Assembly: GCA_040400605.1 (NCBI GenBank)
Contig: JBBAPZ010000008.1
Coordinates: forward strand, 47,990 to 59,215
Reading direction: 5' to 3'
Source: Candidatus Sericytochromatia bacterium
Lineage (GTDB): Bacteria; Cyanobacteriota; Sericytochromatia; S15B-MN24; JAQBPE01
DNA length: 11,226 bases
Position numbers and translations under genes: made by a program. Below are positions 7,888 through 11,226 of this stretch, piece by piece (positions within the stretch are counted from its first letter, which is position 1; every line of letters starts with the position of its first letter). Under the pieces are notes generated by a model. The model was given only the letters and a program-made list of their open reading frames with translations. It made no database searches and was not told the origin of the DNA.

Positions 7888-8181
7888 ACAATGACGGCCT
7901 TTCCGGCATTTTGCGCAGTGCAGGGTCGAATGCCCGCTTAACGGACAGCCAGTCATCCGCTTCAGTCATGATTCGTTTAGATGGTCGATCCTGGCGGCTT
8001 GTACGTTTCTCGCACCGCGCCTGAGCTTTTGCCACACCTCGGCTGATTGTTCGGCGAGTCCGATGGTCCCCAAAGGAACATGTTGCTGATTAAATGGGTG
8101 GTTTTTTTGGGTACGATTGAGCTAATCCCATAACGATAGCTGGAATCAAGACCGATGACGCCCCAACGGAAAAAGGATCCT

Positions 8182-9045
8182 ATGCCCACCATTGGTGACG
8201 CCTTATATCAATCGTCCCGGCTTTTGCTGGACGCAGGAATTGACACAGGCTCTCTGGAGGCGTCGTTGTTACTGGGGCGCGCCACGGGCCTTGACCGTCT
8301 GCGCCTGATCAACCACACGGCGGACACCCTCGCTGATGACGCTTTGCGCCAGTTTGAGGATTTGCTTGAACGGCGGCTCAAACGTGAGCCCCTTCAATAC
8401 ATTTTGGGTAACACGGAGTTTATGGGCTTGGTCTTTCAGGTCAACCCGAGCGTCCTGATTCCGCGCCCTGATACCGAAATACTGGTTGAAGCCGTGCTGG
8501 ATCTGGAAGAAGTCCGGGGCAACACACCAATCACGGCTGCGGACATTGGCACTGGCAGCGGTGCCATCGCCATCGCGTTGGCCAGGTTTCTCCCCTACCT
8601 TACCATCATCGCAACAGACATCTGTCCCGATGCACTGGCGTTGGCCAAGACCAACGCCAACCTGCACGGTGTTGCCCATCAAGTTCAGTTTGCTCAAGGC
8701 GACGGTCTCCACGCGTTAGAGCGTCCCGTTGACTACCTGATCGCCAACCCGCCTTACATCGCAGACGATGTGATCGCCACGCTGGAACCCGAAGTCAGGG
8801 ACTACGAACCCCGATTGGCGCTCACGCCCGGCCCGGATGCCTACCACTGGTACCGCGAGTTCGCCACGACAGGCGCCCATTGGGTCCTGCCAGGCGGTTT
8901 CATCGCTTTGGAAGTCGGAGCAGGTCAAGCAACAACCGTTGGCGACATCCTGAACCAAAGTGGGAACTGGGAACACTTACGCATCCATCAGGATCTGGCC
9001 AACATTGACCGGGTCATCACGGCGCAACGCCACGCAAAACCCTGA
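8182..9045 (+). CDS. prmC: Release factor glutamine methyltransferase PrmC (HemK), about 287 aa
   Basis: REPLQYILG, VLIPRPDTE, SAM-binding DIGTGSG, catalytic NPPY, EVRDYEP. Downstream of prfA. AAGGA before ATG 8182 (alternative start 8155). Confidence 0.97.
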   Translation: MPTIGDALYQSSRLLLDAGIDTGSLEASLLLGRATGLDRLRLINHTADTLADDALRQFEDLLERRLKREPLQYILGNTEFMGLVFQVNPSVLIPRPDTEILVEAVLDLEEVRGNTPITAADIGTGSGAIAIALARFLPYLTIIATDICPDALALAKTNANLHGVAHQVQFAQGDGLHALERPVDYLIANPPYIADDVIATLEPEVRDYEPRLALTPGPDAYHWYREFATTGAHWVLPGGFIALEVGAGQATTVGDILNQSGNWEHLRIHQDLANIDRVITAQRHAKP

Positions 9046-9304
9046 AACCCCACACAAACCGTGAACCGGAACGCGCGGTGATGCCACCTGTGGTGAACAT
9101 CAACCCTTGCGGCATCAGGTCCACCCCTCGGGGTGATCGTTTGGCACCAGGGGCACACATCAGGTTCCAGGGACTAACCACGAAGCCGTAGCACGGACGA
9201 TTGGCTTTGAGCCGCGTGTTGTACTCGCTACGCCGTGATGACCCAATGGGGTAATCGAACAGCAGCAAGTAGATTTAATCTTTTATTAATGAATTTTTAT
9301 GGTC

Positions 9305-9322
9305 ACATTGGCTTGCCAATGT
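9305..9322. promoter_or_regulatory. Perfect inverted repeat ACATTGGC-tt-GCCAATGT, candidate operator
   Basis: 8-bp arms with a 2-nt spacer, directly after an AT-rich tract (about 9269-9300) and 57 nt before the lipoprotein start. Confidence 0.4.
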
Positions 9323-9379
9323 CCGATAAGCGTCATGGAGAGCATGAATCGTCAGGCGACCGGGAGGCAAGGATTGGGC

Positions 9380-10171
9380 ATGACAAAGAAGCGCTGGATA
9401 AATGCTGGATTGGGCGCGACGGCTTTGTTGGTCACACTTGGCGCTTGTCATCGGGGAGTGGTTGCGCCGGCGACTGGGATCCGGGTGACGCAAGGTAATG
9501 GAGGTGTGCGTGCGACAACTCCGGATGATGAAAAGACCCTGTTTGAGGACACGCGCCGTGCGTTAAGGTGGCGTGCCGATGCCGAGCGGGTGATGGCCAT
9601 TCACACAACCACGATGAATTCGTTGGCTTTGTCTTCGTCTTGTAACGTATATTTCTCGAATGGCGCTTTTTTTGAATCCAGACCGGCAATTTTTTTGGCG
9701 CGCCATTATGGAATGTCGGGCGTCAAACAATATCTTGAGTTGTCGGATCACATCGCGACGGCACGCAGCTTTCAGGCTTTGGGTGACTCATTGGTCCGCG
9801 CGAATGAGGCGTGGAATCTGGCCCGACGCATCGTGCCTGCGGTGATGCCCTCTGCTGTGCCTTCGCCCGGCGCGTCAGCAGCGAATGCGGTGCAATCAGC
9901 TTATCAGCCCCAGACACGTTTTTTCGCATCATCACGTGCATTCCTGTTGCGTTTGGATGATCATGCACCGGAGTGGTGGGTCTTTGCCAACCAGCAAAAG
10001 TTCGTAATCAATGCCGTCAGTCGTGGGGTGCAAGGTCCGACGCCGCAGCTGGATCCAGTTGATCCTTTGCAGCAGGGTCTTGATGTTGAATTGCAGCGTG
10101 CGGCGGCGGTATGGCTTCCGAGTCACCCCTTTAAGGCCAACGACCGCTCGGAACCCTCACCGACGAATTAA
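9380..10171 (+). CDS. Lipoprotein of unknown function (263 aa)
   Basis: From ATG 9380: MTKKRWINAGLGATALLVTLGA|C has a basic n-region, an h-region and lipobox LGAC (Cys23). GGAGG/AAGGA lies upstream. The track start at 9299 would bury the signal peptide. Confidence 0.8.
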   Translation: MTKKRWINAGLGATALLVTLGACHRGVVAPATGIRVTQGNGGVRATTPDDEKTLFEDTRRALRWRADAERVMAIHTTTMNSLALSSSCNVYFSNGAFFESRPAIFLARHYGMSGVKQYLELSDHIATARSFQALGDSLVRANEAWNLARRIVPAVMPSAVPSPGASAANAVQSAYQPQTRFFASSRAFLLRLDDHAPEWWVFANQQKFVINAVSRGVQGPTPQLDPVDPLQQGLDVELQRAAAVWLPSHPFKANDRSEPSPTN

Positions 10172-10609
10172 CCGAACAACGCCTGTCAGAGAAATGCTGT
10201 GCTCACCGAACGGTGCAGTGCATGATTCTGACGTGCTCACCCAACCTTCGCGATGCCTTGGCATCAAGTTGCCTGTTTCCACAGCTTGTTGAATGCCCGT
10301 TCGGTGGGTTGCCAGGTTGACCGTTTAGGTGATGCGTCCCTGAACAAGTTGCTGGAACCAGGTTACACCTTCCGGCGCCAAGCCTGTTCCCTCGAGTGAG
10401 CACGTCGTTTCGATTCGTGGCGGCAGTATACTCAGCCCAGCGACACGACGGCGGTTCAGACATCCGGCAATTGCTGTGACGGATCCAACGCGTCAATACA
10501 AGGTGCTGACCAGTGACGCATTGGTAGCTGTCTGAAACTTCCGCAGCATTTGCAAAACATCAAGAAATCACGGACTGATGTTCAATGTCAGCCAAAATTT
10601 GATCACCAA

Positions 10610-10641
10610 GCGATGCGTTTCTGTATCGCGCATTTTTTTTT
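10610..10641 (+). terminator. Possible intrinsic terminator
   Basis: GCGATGC-gtttct-GTATCGC stem (one G-U pair), then GCA and a 9-T run; alternatively an ATGCG/CGCAT stem abutting the T run. It lies 440 nt from the nearest upstream stop codon. Confidence 0.4.
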
Positions 10642-10795
10642 GACATGCCGATCGTATGTCATCGGGTGTGTCATCAAAGGACGCTAAGTTGGGTATAGAC
10701 CGAGGGGGTGACACGACGCCCCCGTCACCCTACCAGCGGTTGCCCACACGTTCGTCGTGTGACCGCAGGCCGCGAAGCACAAGGAGGAACCTGAT

Positions 10796-11226
10796 ATGCG
10801 AAACCAATCCATTTTGGGCTTGATGCTGTCTTCAAGCTTGGCACTCTCAACCCTCGCAGGCTGTGCGGTGCCAACACCCGCAGGCGCCGGTGCGGGGCAG
10901 GAACTCGCGACACCATCCACCCGTTTGCCGGCCGGCAGCGGTTCAAGCGGACCTGCCGCAAAACCCGCGACGCAAACCGGACAGAGTGCCGGGATGACGA
11001 CACCCGGTTCCGCAACGGCTCAGGCGCTAAATACAAGGCAGTTGATCGAACAGGCGACAGCCGGAACGACAGACGCCTTGGCTGACGAAAAGGAAATGGA
11101 TGATTACGATCGCTTGGCGGATGATGCGGGCTACAGCATTTTGCAATTAACGAACGCAACGCCTGTTACAAGCCGACCGCTGCCAAGCCCCAGTGATGTG
11201 GTCAATCAGCCAGCGCCGATCAAGCC
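10796..11226 (+). CDS. Lipoprotein of unknown function (partial, 3' end runs off window)
   Basis: Not in the ORF track. AAGGAGG lies 8 nt before ATG 10796. Hand translation MRNQSILGLMLSSSLALSTLAG|CAVPTPAGAGAGQELATPSTRLPAGSGSSG...ALADEKEMDDYDRLADDAGYSILQ... is open to the edge, with lipobox LAGC (Cys23) followed by an A/G/T/P/S-rich tether. Confidence 0.9.
   Translation, partial: MRNQSILGLMLSSSLALSTLAGCAVPTPAGAGAGQELATPSTRLPAGSGSSGPAAKPATQTGQSAGMTTPGSATAQALNTRQLIEQATAGTTDALADEKEMDDYDRLADDAGYSILQLTNATPVTSRPLPSPSDVVNQPAPIK

Noticed and set aside
10203..10496. 97-aa minus-strand ORF in the structured intergenic region
   Set aside because: TTG start without an SD and non-protein-like composition; a non-coding explanation fits better, though a small protein cannot be excluded.
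10684..11159. Minus-strand ORFs 10725..11159 and 10684..10920
   Set aside because: Antisense to a plus-strand frame that has a strong SD and a lipobox.

Overview
Bacterial chromosomal window with roughly mid-50s % GC by eye. The PrfA sequence looks cyanobacteria-like, but this is a weak impression. Minus strand, right to left: a small acidic hypothetical protein; an alpha-glucan (glycogen/maltodextrin) phosphorylase, glgP, with an intrinsic terminator; a 528-aa lipoprotein built from EF-hand pairs bracketed by cysteines; and, 9 nt downstream, a Tat-signal protein resembling gluconate 2-dehydrogenase subunit 3 that runs off the left edge and is missing from the ORF track. Plus strand: a tandem-GNAT acetyltransferase, prfA, prmC (about 295 nt after prfA), a lipoprotein of unknown function, and a second lipoprotein that runs off the right edge and is also missing from the ORF track. 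No mobile element, CRISPR array, rRNA or tRNA was seen. The most interesting signals are the cysteine-bracketed multi-EF-hand lipoprotein and its operon partner, the structured 620-nt intergenic region at 10172-10795, a GGGTATAGA motif shared upstream of two lipoprotein genes, and a 17-mer repeated in two intergenic regions. All calls are by eye; no searches or folding were run.
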